This document shows, one piece after another, positions 23,201-37,410 of a stretch of 64,000 bases of DNA. Numbering within the stretch: position 1 is the stretch's first letter; each line of letters starts with the position of its first letter. The notes under the pieces were generated by a model that saw only the letters and a list, made by a program, of their open reading frames with translations, was not told the DNA's origin and did no database searches. A program made the position numbers and the translations under genes. Source of the DNA: Basidiobolus meristosporus CBS 931.73 (lineage: Eukaryota; Fungi; Basidiobolomycota); the NCBI GenBank assembly GCA_002104905.1, contig MCFE01000372.1, positions 21,120 to 85,119 on the forward strand. Reading direction: 5' to 3'.

Positions 23201-26200
23201 GAGTAGCATTTCCAGTACCAAATTTCGGATGGATATATTCTTGGTGATTCTAACATCCATAGACTTGGCGTCATAGACCAGTTTCGGTATATTTGAGAAA
23301 ATCGATGTTTCCTCATGCTCACGATCGCCGGGTAAAGTGATGGTTGCACGACGAAGAAGAGTTGACGAAGTGAAGTTCCCCTTTTCTTTGGGTCGCTTCT
23401 TCGATACTATCAGAGGCATTTAGAATGGGCTTCATGAAATAGTGTGAAAGCGAGAAGACTCACCTTTCGGTAGGGTTGACACCAAGAATGTGCCGATCAA
23501 TCGAATGGTATCCACCGTGAAACTGATCTGCGCTAAAGCTGTCAGGATCTCAATCAACTCTGGTAGGAGCTCTTCAGCAAAAACATCGGTTTTCAATGCC
23601 ACCAGTAAGACCCTGATAATGTCTGATGAAATAAGGTTGAGTGATCTTGGGAGTGACATCTGAAGACAGTTCAAAGGTAACTACTTAGTTTTGTCAAGTG
23701 GCTAATATTATAGGTTCTCTTGCGGCTTTGGACCGCAAATTTGTAAAATTGGTCAATAATTGCATGCTGAACAGGAATGCTGGTCGAGCGCCAGATTTCC
23801 AGATCCAAGAATAGCTGCTGGTAAGCTTGGACATTTCCGATCACAGACTCGCTACAGAACAGCACAAAGCTTCAGTACTAGATTCAAGCACGCAAAGTGC
23901 GACTTACTTACCTAGGATCGAAGGGAGTCTCGCCGACTAGTATTAGCAGAAGATTGACCAGCTTGGGCGTCACCAGACTCTTCTTTTGCTTAAGAATACA
24001 GGCTAAGATTTCATATCCATGATTTTTTTCCATGTGTGAGGTGTGCCTCCAGTCGAACCGAATACTTTCTACCAATATTGCCACAGCTTTGTGTAGCCCT
24101 TCTGCAGTCTGAGGTAGAAGAGTTCTCTTATGAATAAAGGCCAACAGTTAGACATGATTATGCAATATATTACCTGTGCTTTCTCAACGATCTTGAGAAG
24201 CAATGTAGGTCCGCCCACCCGGAAGATGCTAGTAGATAGGCTTGTGGATGAAACCGCGTATGCGTTGCCCCGAAGATATGCTAAGCCTTCCGGGGCGACC
24301 AAAGCACGGCTGATTTTCGGTACACCAGAATTGATGATCGCCCTGATTTTCTGGCTCGTTTGCACTCCCTCCATTGAATTGCTGTGAAAGCCGTACTGAG
24401 TCGATACGTATTCTTCGTGCAGGTTCTTGGCGGATAAAGCCAAGATAATTTTGTCTTCTGTCAGCTGTACTCCGCTAGCCGTTTTCAAATGGACGCCATC
24501 CATAATCAAATGGCCCTTTTCGAGACCATTATCACTTCCCTTGTTTATCATGTCTAGGTTGATACTGTCTATGATCTCGTAAGTCTGGTATTTTCCAAGG
24601 TCATCTTGGAAATTCGACGAGTATCTAGGGCCCAGATTGAAGGCGATGTTCACCCCATCAGCATCCAACACATCTTCAATTAAGTAAAATGCCCCAAGGT
24701 TCCAATAGGTCGATGGAGATCTGACTTTTGCGCTGCGACTAGAGTTAGCTTTCGAACCGATAAAGCCTTTCATGTTAGCGGCAGAGGTCGGCTGGCTTGG
24801 ATAGTTGGATCTATATTGATCGACTAATACACCATCAATGTACATTGACAACGTGCTGCCGATGATTGACAACCTGGGTTTCGAATGAGATACGGCTAAG
24901 TGGTACCACACACCATCCCGGAAAGAAAAGGACTCAAATCTGACAAACTGATTCGGAGCGGTCTCCACCACAAGGTTCCGGGAATGGCCTTCGATAAATA
25001 TATCGAGGTTGCTGCGCTCGTCCGAATCTGACAAAGAGAGCACATGCACATTGGTGGTTGCGTCGAATTTGAAAACCTGAACCCAGGTCATAAGTGTAAA
25101 TCCATTCATAGGTGGAAATAAACGATCTCCAAGATTCTCAAGGCTAATCGAGGAATGGATTGAATCGAAACAAATGCACGAGGGCGTGCGTCCATATTTC
25201 ACTCCATACAAGATCAGCTCCAGTATCTGCATGGCCAGGTCGCTTCCACCAGTAGCGTTTTTCTCTTCATCGGCTTTCTCGGGTACATTCCGGTTGAGGC
25301 TTCGTAAGAGGAACCTTGTTTCGGATGTAGACAAGCCAACCTCAATCAAAGACTTCGCCAGTGACATCAAAGTTTTGTTCCAAAGATTCCCAAGCTTCGA
25401 GGTTAGCGTGTAATGCGAGGCATCCAGGTTCAGATGCTTTTGGGATTCTGCCAAAATTGTCATCACCGTGGTAACCAAGCCCAATTCGTTCAGCAGCATT
25501 CGATTTTGCACGTTTTGTATGGTGGTGATGTAGATAGCAAACAAAGCTAGCAGGGCTACGCTGATTTCTATGGTTGGTAGAAAGTGCATGATGGAAAGGA
25601 TAAATGACCTGTTATGAATGGTCAAGTCTCCCAAGGACGCCCGGCTAAGCATTTGGTTCCACCGCTCGGTAATGTATGTGTCAATGTTAACGTTGGGATT
25701 TTCTATATCTCCGATGCAATCAGAAATGTCTGGCTCAAATATGTCAAAGAGAGATGTATCTTCTACTGCAGCACCGAGTAAAATTCCCAATGCGCGATTG
25801 CAAGACCCCTTCTCCTTAAAAACTCCAGTGAGTTGAAGGCTGTCGTTTAAAGAGGAACGACCGATATGATTTTCAAAAAACCATCTATTGTAGGGATGGT
25901 CGGACATCGCTGCTATAAACACTGAGAATACCGCTTGCATCAGAGCAATCACTTCACTACGCTGAATGCGGGGATTTCCCTGTTGTGATGGAGCAGCTTC
26001 AGAAATATGCTGTGTGTTCTCGCCCTCAATAGCGGGACAGAGATCGAGAGCGCCTTCAAGCCCAATCAGTAACGAAAGGAGTGAAATAAATCCGCCAAGG
26101 TTTCTAAATGCATCCTTCAGTAAAAGAGAGTTATTAAGAAGCTTTTCCAAGGTTTTCAGGATGTCTTTCTTCATCCGCAAATGGAATCTTGGTGCCGACT

Positions 26201-28961
26201 GAAGGGCCTCCATTAGATTGGAAAACTCTGTGGACTTGGAGCTCTCGCTACTAGATGGCGCGGAATTATGAGGAGTCGTCTCCGCATTGGATTGATGTTC
26301 AATAAGGAGCTGGATGAGCTTCAGCGCATACCACCGTGTTTCATCGTGCTTTAGAAAATCATCCAACGACCCCTTGAAGCTGAATAGAGATTTCAGTACG
26401 TGCTTATTGATAGAAAATAATGTAAAATGCAAGTCACTAACGTTTTCCTAAATAACGCAATATTCAGGTCATGATCCTGAATCATCAAACATAAGCAACT
26501 CATCACCAAATTGTAGGAGCCCATTAGAGTGTTCTTCTGACGCTTTTCAGATGGAGATAAGCTGCTCGTGGAATCTAGGTCATCCTCGGAGTTCGATTCA
26601 GGGCTGGTCAACAAACATCCATATTTTTGCAACAGATTACAAAGCATGCTTAGTAACCCTACTTCACGGAAAACATCTTTGAATTTTCCCTCAGATGTCA
26701 GTAATCCGGTAATGGTCTCGCATACCAAAAGAGTCGTGGGCAGCGAGATCTCGTCTTTGATATTATGTTTTAGCAGACGCAACATAGGCAGCATGAATTG
26801 AAGCTGGTTACCTTGAATTTGAAGACACAGCAAGGCGAGCTCTTTGAAAGGCACATAGTTTAAGGTTTTGACCACGTAGAATAGTAAATCTATCACGTAT
26901 TTCTACCATTGGGAATAGCGTTAGCATAGTTCAACCGCGTGAATGTCGGCAAAAGACAAAACCTGAATCTCGAACTCAAATGCGTTTAGATTTTCCAGCA
27001 TCGTGAGGAGTGGGCTCAGCTTGTCAACGAGGAAGTAGTTGGATGGATTCAATTTGATTGCTGAAGATAGTGCGTTTAACACATTCTTGCGGCATTCCGT
27101 AGAGGTGGACGGTGATCCCTCCAGCTGCTTCAACAATACTTTCGATAGTGTACCTGGCACCTCAATGGGGAACATAAAGACCGCCAAAAGTATTTCAAAA
27201 GCTTTAAGATTCCGGACTAGCAATTCTTTAAAATAAAGCCTATGATGAGCGTCTGTATGTTTATAAGATCCTTATTATGCTGTAAAGAGGTTACCATTTT
27301 CAAAGCCAGTTAACTTGGGTAAGCGAAAATCTATGGAGCAATTGCATTTGGTTAGACTTGAGCAAATGCGACATATGCTGCTGCCAAACTTCACCAATAC
27401 CTGAATGTTGATACGGAGTAATGTTTTGTAGCGACAATTTAACATCATCGGAGCCAATGAATATTAATTCTTGAGCAAATGACACAACCGCAGACTAGAA
27501 CATCATTGTTAATTGATCTGTCTAATAAAATCGACCAGCTATAGTTCAGATACCGTAAACTCCACACTGTTGTGTGTAGTATTCAGCAAGGATAAAGCTA
27601 TAGCTTCATATCCACCATACATCTCAAAGTCATCCAACAAGATGGTGGATACTTTTGCGGATTCCTGGCGATGATAGTGTGAGTAACGTTCAGCAAGATT
27701 TATCGACCATGCTCACGAACCTTTAGAATTTCATTGATTGTTTGGAAAATCAAAGCAATCGATTGCTTATCTTCGTTGTCTTGCAAACCAAAAGTCAAGA
27801 CACCTCGAAGCCCTTTTACAAGCGAGGCCAATAACTCTTGTTGGTGAAAGCTATATACGTTGTCGAAATGATGAAAGAAGTACGGCTGCTGAACAAACAC
27901 AATCAATAGCTTCGACGCACTGGAAGAACAAATGGTTAGCAGGCCGATGCATTTAGAGTCATTAAGAATGCGCACCTGTTTTTCACGCTCAACTGAGATT
28001 TGAAAATGGATTGGTCAGTGTGATTGGAGACTAGCGTCTCCACCAAAAACCTCAACGAATTCGTTTCGAAACATGAATTGGCAATCTTCGGATTACGAAT
28101 AAGCGACTCCAGAATATCAGTTACTAAACTTATGCTGCTGTTATCCAAAGTAGATATCGTCTTAAGTAGCAACGGGAATATTCCAGATTGATGAATTTTG
28201 TCATAAACAAACTCCTAGTATAAAGAGACATGATTTAGCACACGGTATTACATAGAATACAGAGGACAAGCTGTTTACCGGGCCCGTGCAGAGTACTCTG
28301 AGAGTTTTTACTAGTTGGCTAATGTAGCTTCCAGGATCGTTGAGGTCTACGATATTTTGAAAATGCCAGGTTAGAAGGCAGTTCGGTGACACTAAACCTC
28401 ACGTTCCGACCTTGGCTTTCATTGCATTCAAGTATCTCGAATATTGCGGCAGTTACCAGGTGCGTAAAATCACTGAAATCACTTATACTGTTTGCAAAGC
28501 GTCAGTACTCCGTTTCCTAAACGCTCTAAACGCGTGCATCAAACCTATAAGCAAAATTGACTCGTCGAATATCTTGTGGGTATTGTTCCTGAAAAGATCT
28601 CAGCAGATCAATGGTAAACTCTTTCTTTTGCTTTGCGAAGATAAGCAAGCTGGTTACCCCCTTGTTGGATACATCTCGATCAGAAAGGCTCACTTACGTT
28701 TTTATTTTCAGCTGTCTGGCAACGATATAACTTCGCCTTTAACTTTAGATTGAACCCTCTTTGGATAGAGGTGATGTATTAATTCCCAAGGTTTTGTAAT
28801 ATGGAAATTCCCGATAGGAAGATGCTTCAGTGAAACAGTAATGGTATATCACTTTACCTGCTAGGCTCCGAGGAGGTGCTGTTTACACTTTCTGTAGGAG
28901 TGTTTGAAGAAGAATGATCTTGATTTGTTACACGTCCAACGAGCTTTGAGACCCAGCTCAT
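17217..28961 (-). CDS. BPH1: Large multi-exon BEACH-domain protein (ARM/ConA-like + PH + BEACH + WD40 + C-terminal FYVE-like; Bph1/WDFY3-like)
   Basis: Start MSWVSKLVGR at 28961. ConA-like segment GFTLMTWV..WYHLAVSH at ~24800-25130. BEACH core [42 protein letters not shown] in 19100-20050. Hand-spliced WD40 exons (LRGHSAPVTCVAVS, DGTCIIWDLN) and a zinc-finger exon set ending at TAA 17217-17219. Confidence 0.92.
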
Positions 28962-29354
28962 TTTGAGATTGGCACCGGATAGTACTCTTTTAGGCTATGT
29001 ATTAGAGCACCAAACCTTTGCGAATATACTGGATATTGCAGCTATCTACCTATTGTGTACAAATGGCGCAAAGTACGGTTTGAAAATAACTTTCGGAAGC
29101 CTTGAATCTAGAGCCTTTTCAAGCTATTGTCAAAAGAAATGAAGTCACAATGTGACGAATGGTGCTTTTTCCAAAGTTGATAGTTCCACACTATAAACAA
29201 TCAGCTTACCCCTAAGTATCTCCGATCGCAATACATAAACAGGCTTGAGTAAAATTGCCTAGATTGCTTAAACAAACGTCATCAAAAGAAAATCTGGTGC
29301 CAAGAATAAAAATCAAGATTCAATGCTACAGGCCCAGTTTCCTAGTTCTCGTTA

Positions 29355-30126
29355 ATGTCACATCCAGCAACTCGAAAGCTGATTCCAATACTTGAATCAT
29401 TTCAAAAATCTCGGAAAACTTGGGATGAATTAAACTTAGAAGGTCTTTCAACTGCGAACCAGCTGGTCAATACTAAGCTTCAGGAAAGGTTAGCGCAATT
29501 TGGCTGGGTATAGCACAGTAATCACGCTACTTACTCTAAATTTAGATACGTGGATGACAATGACACCTGGTTACCACGCTTAGATTCGTTCCCGGAGGTT
29601 CGTTGCTCTTATGAAAGTAAAATGTCCAACTTGGTGGCCCAAATGTCTGAAAAGCTCAATATAACCCTTTCAAAATTGGTAAACATTGGCACAAATACAG
29701 CAACAAAAATCGGCATTAATCGACACCATATTTATACTCAGATAACTCAGCATAGACGTATGAAAGGGGCGCTATCCCAATCCGAAAGTTTACTGAATGA
29801 TACTTATAACTTCTATGGACCTAAAGAAGCCTACGATACTTTGGCTTTTAGAACGTATACATTAGATGCCATAGGTATTACATATCTGTCCATTTCTCCG
29901 AGGCTCTCATAAACTAACTCAATCCATAGTTTCTTTAGTACGTAAAGCGGTTCTGCAGTATACTAAGGAAATCACGCAAAAGATCATGATTGTGTCTACT
30001 CTTGCCACCACCGATGACCGAGAGCTAGCTATGTCTTATTTATCAACCTGGCTTAATGAACCTCATCTCAAATCCGGGTTCCTGCAAGATATGGACGAGA
30101 TTCTAGAGATTGAGACAGGATTGTGA
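29355..30126 (+). CDS. Multi-exon CINP-like (CDK2-interacting protein family) protein
   Basis: Spliced translation MSHPATRKLIPILESFQKSRKTWDELNLEGLSTANQLVN..ELAMSYLSTWLNEPHL recalls the CINP N-terminal (W..LN..G...AN) and C-terminal (YLS.WL..P) motifs. Similarity is from memory. Confidence 0.6.
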
Positions 30127-30668
30127 AGGTATAACCATGATTCGAGGTTTTATTACATAGAATTATACACAGAAGGTTCGGCGACTGCTTCATGCAATTC
30201 TTGCAATGTATATTAGATGTTCAGCTATGCTATTTTTAATGATTATCGCATTCGTGAGCTAGAAAAGTCACAGCCGTACTACCGGCAAATAAAATAGCAG
30301 ATCATTGCTGTTGTCGCCTTTCGTTGTATTTTGTTGACTTGACGTTAAGATATCAAGCTGTATACCACATGATTGTTGCTATTTTTGTTTTTTACATTGT
30401 ATGCGTTCCGTGACTGCCAACTAGGCTTATACATTATCTCGGCTCTGGCAAGAGTATTGTTCGTATAGTCCACTTGGCTGCTCACAGGGAAATACTGGAG
30501 AGCATGTTTTATAATATATTGTATAATAAATTGATTCCAGTCTTATTACTAATCGGTTTCTTTTTTTTTGTGACCGTCGAACTGATAAAACTCCATTGGC
30601 TGAATGATGAAATCGTGCAATGAAATTCGGTGTATTGTTAGTTACCGAGTGTTAACAGTATTTACCCT

Positions 30669-33600
30669 ATGAGTTCTGACGACAGCAATATCCAAGATAA
30701 AGGAAAGCTTTGGTCAGAAGCTGAGGAGAATCTAGCTTCTTTAATACAGGATGCATATGACCTGCTACAGAGATCGCAACCAGGTATAAAAACTTCTTTA
30801 TGTCAATCCTAATAATAAAACGATTCTCTTGACATTTTACGAATTTTGGGGTACTTATACACTTCCTATTTGCTCAGAAAAAAGTCAACCACCTGCTGAT
30901 CTTGCTCCTGACCAAGAGTCGAGTACTGAAAAACTTGATGTTGAAATCAACACCAACAACCTTGAGGAAATAGCACCAATCGCAGCAGACGCAGTTGAAG
31001 CAAAGAGCAATATAGAGATAGAGACTACTTTAGATAGTTTAAAAATAGAAGAACAACCTCAAGTTTATGATTTGAGCACTTTTGAGGGAAAGAGTTCATT
31101 CACGAAGGCCTGTCTTGAATTGTTGGTAAAGATTCAAAACGCCATTTCAGAATTCATCTTGAAGAAAGGTTTGGAGTTCTTATGGTATCGTTTGGATGTA
31201 TCACAACCCTAATTCAGCATGAATCTGTAGAAGACACAGCATCTTCTGAGGAGCCACCTGACGTTCTAGGTATTAGAGATCTCAAAGTTGTACACACTCT
31301 GCTTGAGGTTACCATTATATGGGGCATATATCCTTGTTTACAGGATGGTGTCGGAGTGTCTTTGTCCAAGCGCGTTCGCTCCGGATTTGTGCAATCAGGT
31401 GACTACGATATGTGATATTTTTGCACATATTCTGAACTAAACCATTCGAAGAGTTTTTTGAGAGAGAAGGACTATCCGGGTTCCAACTCAAAGAAAAAAA
31501 CGCAAGGCTGTTAGAAATAATACGGACCCTCTGTAATCTATCTAAAAGCTCGGGCATGTTACATTACACTACAGTTTCTTCCATTATCATGAATCGACAC
31601 TTGACCGACATGTATGCTGGATTGTTACAGTTAGCATATGGACCATTGACTCAAAAGAATGTGTCTCAGAGTGCGGACGCCACAGTAAGCATGGACCCGC
31701 AAACTCGTGCTAATAGTGGAACTGCCTTGCAAAGACCTGTAGATCTGTTAAATATGCTCAACTCCAATCCCGCGAAGAAACCGGATACACATATTCTCTC
31801 ACAAGCTGAACGAGAAGAGTGTGTCAATCAATTTGATGACTTGTTTCAACGGTAGATGTTCTTCAAACATTTTTCCGGTACAGATGACTGAAGGTTCAAT
31901 CGAATTTTAGAGCCGACGCATTCAAGAGTCTTGAATCCTTAACATTACTCTTGGGTTCACCTCTTTACCCGTCACCACGTTGGCTATCCAATGTCTGTGG
32001 GCGGTATCTAACCCAAATTCTGCTCAAACCGGATGGGGTTAAGGTAGTCATGAGTTTTATGCTTGACGAAGTGGAGGAAGGTAAATATCTATAATTTCTT
32101 GAATACCAACGGAGTACATGATATTTACACCCTGAAAGTGTCTCTTCCTCAGCTAGAGAGAGTTGCAAAACTTATTCTTTCGGTGCCCCATCAAATCTCA
32201 TCACTTCAGGTAACCATTATTCATTCCCAAGGAATCGCGTGATCTTTATTTAAATCCATGCCTGCAATCGCTAGGAGTACTATAAGATCATAATCCCACA
32301 GTTGCTGTCTTTGATTCAATACAAATTTGCTGATGTGCATTCGAAAGCACCAGAATCCAAGGAGAGAAATGTTAATGAATCGAGCAATATTAGCCGTGCG
32401 GCTTCATTCACTCTTTCGCAAATGATACGGAAGCAACCCAAGCTAGTTTACCGCCTCTTTGTCGGCGATTTGATGAAGCCAATTACCAATTGGTGGTCTA
32501 GCCAAACAGAAATAATGAGCGAAGCTGAAAAGAGCTTGGACAAGTTATTCGAAAATGACGAAGATGTAGTTTTATCTAGTGAAGATATCATTGAGCTCAC
32601 AATTGCAACTGTTCATCGATTACTGGTTGGCAACGAACCGTCACCCATTCTCTTCCACTGTATTTTGTCAGATGCTATCACTCCGCTCTATTATCTCTAC
32701 GAGTTTGCCCACACCAACAAGTCAACCATGAAAGACCAGATTCTCGAAATATTACAAGCATATTTTCGCATTATGGAGACCGATAAAGGGCTAGAAAAGC
32801 TAAAAAGTATTGTTTATCGAACAAGACTTGGGCTGAAAGTGATGACGGTGCACAAAGGATATACCTACTTCACATCGGGGCCTTCTAATGGAATCGTTCT
32901 CGCAAGAACGAAGTATGTCCAATCACATTCATATGCGGAATTACTTACTAATGGCCGTTCATTAACAGCAAACCCAAAGAAATGGACCTGAACACCGAGC
33001 TCTTTGTTGAGTTTCTTAATTCTATGAACAACACAGAGCTCAACGGAGACTTCTTCATTTGGGCATTGACTCAGTATTCCTCTGCTCATACTAACCCAAG
33101 TATGTCTAATCCTCGACAGTAAGTATTCTACAATTCCTGACTTGGGCGCTGCAAACTAGGTTTATCAAAATTTTGCTAGGACGTTGGTGATTCTACACTT
33201 AATCTTGATTATGACTGAATCCTTGGGCCATACAATTCTTAAAAAGAGTACCCAGATTATAGCATTTGCTAACAGCGTGTTGGAAAAGGAAGACGAACCG
33301 GAGATCAAGAATATGCAGCAGAACTCTAAACTTGAATTTTTGTCCAACATTGCTGAAGAACCGGAGGAAAACGAGCAAGACCAGAGCGAGATAGAGTATC
33401 TCGCATTGAGCTTGCTGGGCTCTGTCTTAACAGGTATTGCATTATGCACCGTTCATGTACTTCACAAGAAATATTAATGAGCATCCCATTGTTAAGACGA
33501 CAAAGAATTGTCGACGCAAGACCTATTATTGCTGGATCACACGCAGTCTCTCCTGGCAAGATTTTCGAATCACGCAAACTCTGAAATTCGAAATATAGCC

Positions 33601-34617
33601 AACAATTTGAAGCTAGTCATCGCCACTCGTGTTGCATTTAACCTGAACCAACAGACCACCGGTGAAGATAAACTGGCAGCCTCCAGAAAGCGGTACCAGC
33701 AAGCAATGGAGGCACTCCAAGACCAAATATTGCCAGTGAAGGCCTATGGGATCGGTATCTTGAAAGACATGGTTTTAAAGAAAGATCCCCTGATTGTCGG
33801 CCCGGAGCTAGATAGAGTGCTTGACATATTTGTCTCCATGGTCCAAAATGAAGATAGGTTAGTTGTTGGATTCTACCCAGAATGGTGCTACATAGCCGTA
33901 ACTGTTTTATGCCTGCTAGTTTCATCTATCTAAACGCCATCAAGGGCTTATCAGCTATGACAGATATACATGGTAAAAAGATCTTGACAAAACTACTTGA
34001 TATCTACGAAGATAAAGTGAACCAACCGATGGACAACCGCCTACGTGTGGGCGAGGCACTTCTGCAAACAGTTGAAAGGGCCGGAGAAGTGCTGGGAAAG
34101 TTTGGTAGGGTGTTTACTATAGGCTACGAGGCATATGAATCGTTACTAACACTGTACAGCCGATATCCTTTTGACATCCTTGCTTCGAGTTCTGCGCTCA
34201 CGCGAATCGCCGCACTTGCAAAACTCTGCATTAGCCATCATTGGGGTGATGTGCGAAACATGCCCATACGCCCTTTTACCATGGTTCCGGGAGATCATTG
34301 AGTGGATGGTGACCCTTCTCAAGCTCGAAAAAAGTGTCGAAGTACGGCGAGGTAGGCATGTGCAAAATGCGAACTTCAGACACCACATCACTCACGAAAT
34401 TAAAACCTTTATAGCGGCAGTGGTTTTGTTTGCGTCATTGTTCCGAGGGATGGGTGTCAATGCCATATACGACATTCCCAGTGATTTGCTTAAAGATATA
34501 CTCCACACGTTGAGATTCGTGGAAGCCACCGAGCAAGATGAATTGACAAAATACCACGCCAGGATCGGGCTCAGCGATTTAGATGCTATCATGAAGAATG
34601 AGATCTTCCGTTCATAA
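30669..34617 (+). CDS. RTP1: Rtp1/TANGO6-family HEAT-repeat RNA polymerase II assembly/nuclear import factor, multi-exon
   Basis: The C-terminal block LQDQILPVKAYG..ED-SFIYLNAIKGLSAM..NRLRVGEALLQTVERAG matches the Rtp1_C1 pattern. ATG at 30669, many GT-AG introns, stop at 34617. Confidence 0.82.
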
Positions 34618-35070
34618 ACTCGAATGGCCCCCGCCAAGGACCGACTATCTTGGATATGGTTTGCGCTTTTTTGTCGACTTAGTTTAGGCCACCATCTAGG
34701 CAAAACCAAATAAATGGAATAAATATTCTGGCCACGTAAGAGTTAAACTGAAAACGGCTTCGGATGTACATGTTATTTATTTACTAAGGAACGCAGAAGT
34801 GAGCCTCATTCATCTCATCTAATTGAGGGTGACCAATAAACTCTTCCAGACGAAGAGAATATTTACATAGCTAAGTGGGAGAATTGACATTTTTTGATGT
34901 TTGTGTGGTCACTGACCACGGAAGTAAACAGGGAAGCATAGTTGAATATTAGATTTGGCAAGTAGAGAAGCCATAGCTCATGATGGGCTATCAAAGTCGA
35001 AATTACAGAAACCCGCGACCAGGCTGGTGGAATAATAGACGCATGCATGGGTCGCATGCGACCGTGATCT

Positions 35071-35370
35071 TCATGTGGATGGATCCTCGACCATAGCGAG
35101 GTAGGTGTTGTAGTCATTAATGTAGGTATGGTCGTAATCTTCATCATCCTCGGCGTCCATCAATTGATTAGTATACAAAGCATCGTCCTCGGCAAGTTGG
35201 AGAGCCGTAAGTGCATCAATCTCCTCGATTGACATAGGGATGACCCTATACGTTGGTTCATCCTGGACGGACAGAGAGTTAGAGCCTTGATGGGGCGAGG
35301 CACGTCCAACAGGTAGTCCGCAAGAAAATGACGAAACGGTTAAAATAGTAAACAGGATATACTTCAGCAT
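35071..35370 (-). CDS. Small (99 aa) secreted acidic protein of unknown function
   Basis: Signal peptide MLKYILFTILTVSSFSCG, then a D/E/Y-rich mature part. TATAAA lies about 70 nt upstream on the minus strand (~35442-35447). Confidence 0.65.
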   Translation of the reverse strand: MLKYILFTILTVSSFSCGLPVGRASPHQGSNSLSVQDEPTYRVIPMSIEEIDALTALQLAEDDALYTNQLMDAEDDEDYDHTYINDYNTYLAMVEDPST

Positions 35371-36549
35371 ATTAGACGTGGTGTGGAAACAAATAGAAGA
35401 GGAATAGCCAGCTGCCTGGGTTTTCGGTCGAAGTGGGACGTTTATATACTCGAGGCAACATAGCCGTTACGAGAATATAGTCCGGAAATCGAAAACTTCT
35501 GTGAGACACCGGTGACACCCAATATTAACGAGTCCTAGGTGGGTGCGGACACAAATATTCTCTCATTAAAGTGGACTATCACCAAGTAGAAAGCATAACT
35601 CAGTTAGGCAATGCAGTTGCTTCAAGAAGTTCCACATCAATATTATGCTCGGAGTAATCTTCAGTAGCAATCTCATGTACAGCTTATTTTGATCCAGCAT
35701 AGACTTTCATTCGTTTAAGCTTGCCTAACAGATCACAGATTGGGTAACGTAATTATTTGGAGACCGGCTTGTGTACCAATTAATACCAATGGTGCGACTA
35801 AAGATATCTTGATGATTTTCCAGCTGAAGTGCGGATGACCCAATGCCACTGTAAACAATGAGACTTCGCGAGTATCATCCATCTTCACGAATCGAATCCA
35901 GCCCAAATGACCGTTACTCGATGTTGTAGCGAACATTCGCAGACACCAATTTCCGTTGTCCAATCGTCGCTGTCGGGCTACGCCATCGCGACGGGTCCCC
36001 CAACTCTCACAACAAGCAGCCGGACAGTGGATGCTTTGACTTTATTCGAAGGACATGCCGATTTTGGAGCGTGAGGAGCTTGTGTTGTTGGGTGGACGAA
36101 ACGAATGCCCCTCGGGACCCTCAGTTGGATCACATGGTTGTTACATTGGTTATCAGTCAACCTTGCGAGGAAAAAGAGTGACCATCGATAAATTACACCA
36201 TTCCTTCTTTGAAACAAGCTTGAATGGATTTCTATACATGAAGAAGATAGCTAGACGTGGACGATTGTGTAACATCTGGAGTTTGACAGGGTTTCAATAT
36301 AACATCGATATATATAGTAAGCGCCCAACCTAATCCCTCAACCGCTATAGGATACTTCTCGCTAATTCCAAGCGAAATCGACGGTCCAATTAATGTCGGG
36401 GCCGTTCGTTACTGGACATTCAATTGCTCGGTTGGTGGACCATTGGGCCCTCTGGATTTTTTCCATTCAGCTTTCCGAGGGCGAAAATCTTCTGGATTCA
36501 TGTATATATCCCTAGAAATGGGTGCTTCCTGTCTTTCAGGAGTTGCAAA

Positions 36550-37410
36550 ATGCGCGGCTGTGTTGGTCATTCCAAGTACCAATGCCTGTTGGGGTTAACC
36601 GGACTCTTGTTGATCTTACTTGCCATACTTCGTGTCTCGCGCAGAGCCACCCCAGTCATGTACGAATACCATCATAATACCACTGGTAGGCTAATTTTTA
36701 TTGGTGACGTTCATGGGCATTTGCGCTCTTTCAACAAGCTGCTCGAGAAGCTGAGCCTGGTGCCGGAGGATCGAGTGGTTCTGCTAGGCGACATGGTGTC
36801 GAAAGGCCCCAACTCCATAGGGTTACTTGCTCGCGCAAAAGAAATCAATGCGCTCTGCGTGCGTGGGAACCACGACGACCTGGTAGTAAGTTGGAGGGAC
36901 TTCTTCAAGTGGAATCGTAATAGCTGGGTTATTGGGGAAGAGCATCAGAACATCGCTAGGTATCTTTATTCGCCAACTCCACATGGCAGGCCAGGCTATT
37001 TACTACCAATGTTCTTTTCTAGTGCCCTGCCACAGGAGCTGTACGGATATTTAGCTAGCTGTCCATTGATCCTCCACATCCCTGCATATTCCATGTATGC
37101 CGTTCATGCGGGCCTGGACCCATATACGCCTGTCCACCTACAGAACCCATTTTACGTGATGAACATCAGGCGCATTCTGCCAAATTCCCGGCCGTCCAAG
37201 GGTAAGGACGAGGGGATCCCCTGGGCTACAGTTTGGAACAGAATGCAATCGAAATTGAGGAATCCAAAAACCGTGATATACGGCCATGAGTCCTCCCGCG
37301 GCTTGGTGACCTTGCCCTATGCAATTGGTCTGGATACTGGTTGCGGGCGGGGCGAGAGGTTAAGTGCCATGATCTATCCCCAGCGAAGGCTCATCAGTGT
37401 TAAATGCTGA
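36550..37410 (+). CDS. Calcineurin-like metallophosphoesterase with N-terminal TM anchor (Ppn2/ApaH-like polyphosphatase family)
   Basis: Motifs IGDVHG, GDMVSKGP, VRGNHD, VHAG, YGHE and GLDTGC. A hydrophobic LLGLTGLLLILLAIL follows the ATG at 36550, giving the type-II membrane topology known for yeast Ppn2. Confidence 0.88.
   Translation: MRGCVGHSKYQCLLGLTGLLLILLAILRVSRRATPVMYEYHHNTTGRLIFIGDVHGHLRSFNKLLEKLSLVPEDRVVLLGDMVSKGPNSIGLLARAKEINALCVRGNHDDLVVSWRDFFKWNRNSWVIGEEHQNIARYLYSPTPHGRPGYLLPMFFSSALPQELYGYLASCPLILHIPAYSMYAVHAGLDPYTPVHLQNPFYVMNIRRILPNSRPSKGKDEGIPWATVWNRMQSKLRNPKTVIYGHESSRGLVTLPYAIGLDTGCGRGERLSAMIYPQRRLISVKC

Noticed and set aside
19208-28753. Numerous plus-strand ORFs overlapping the BEACH gene
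   Set aside because: Antisense shadows of a long coding region; no independent motifs.
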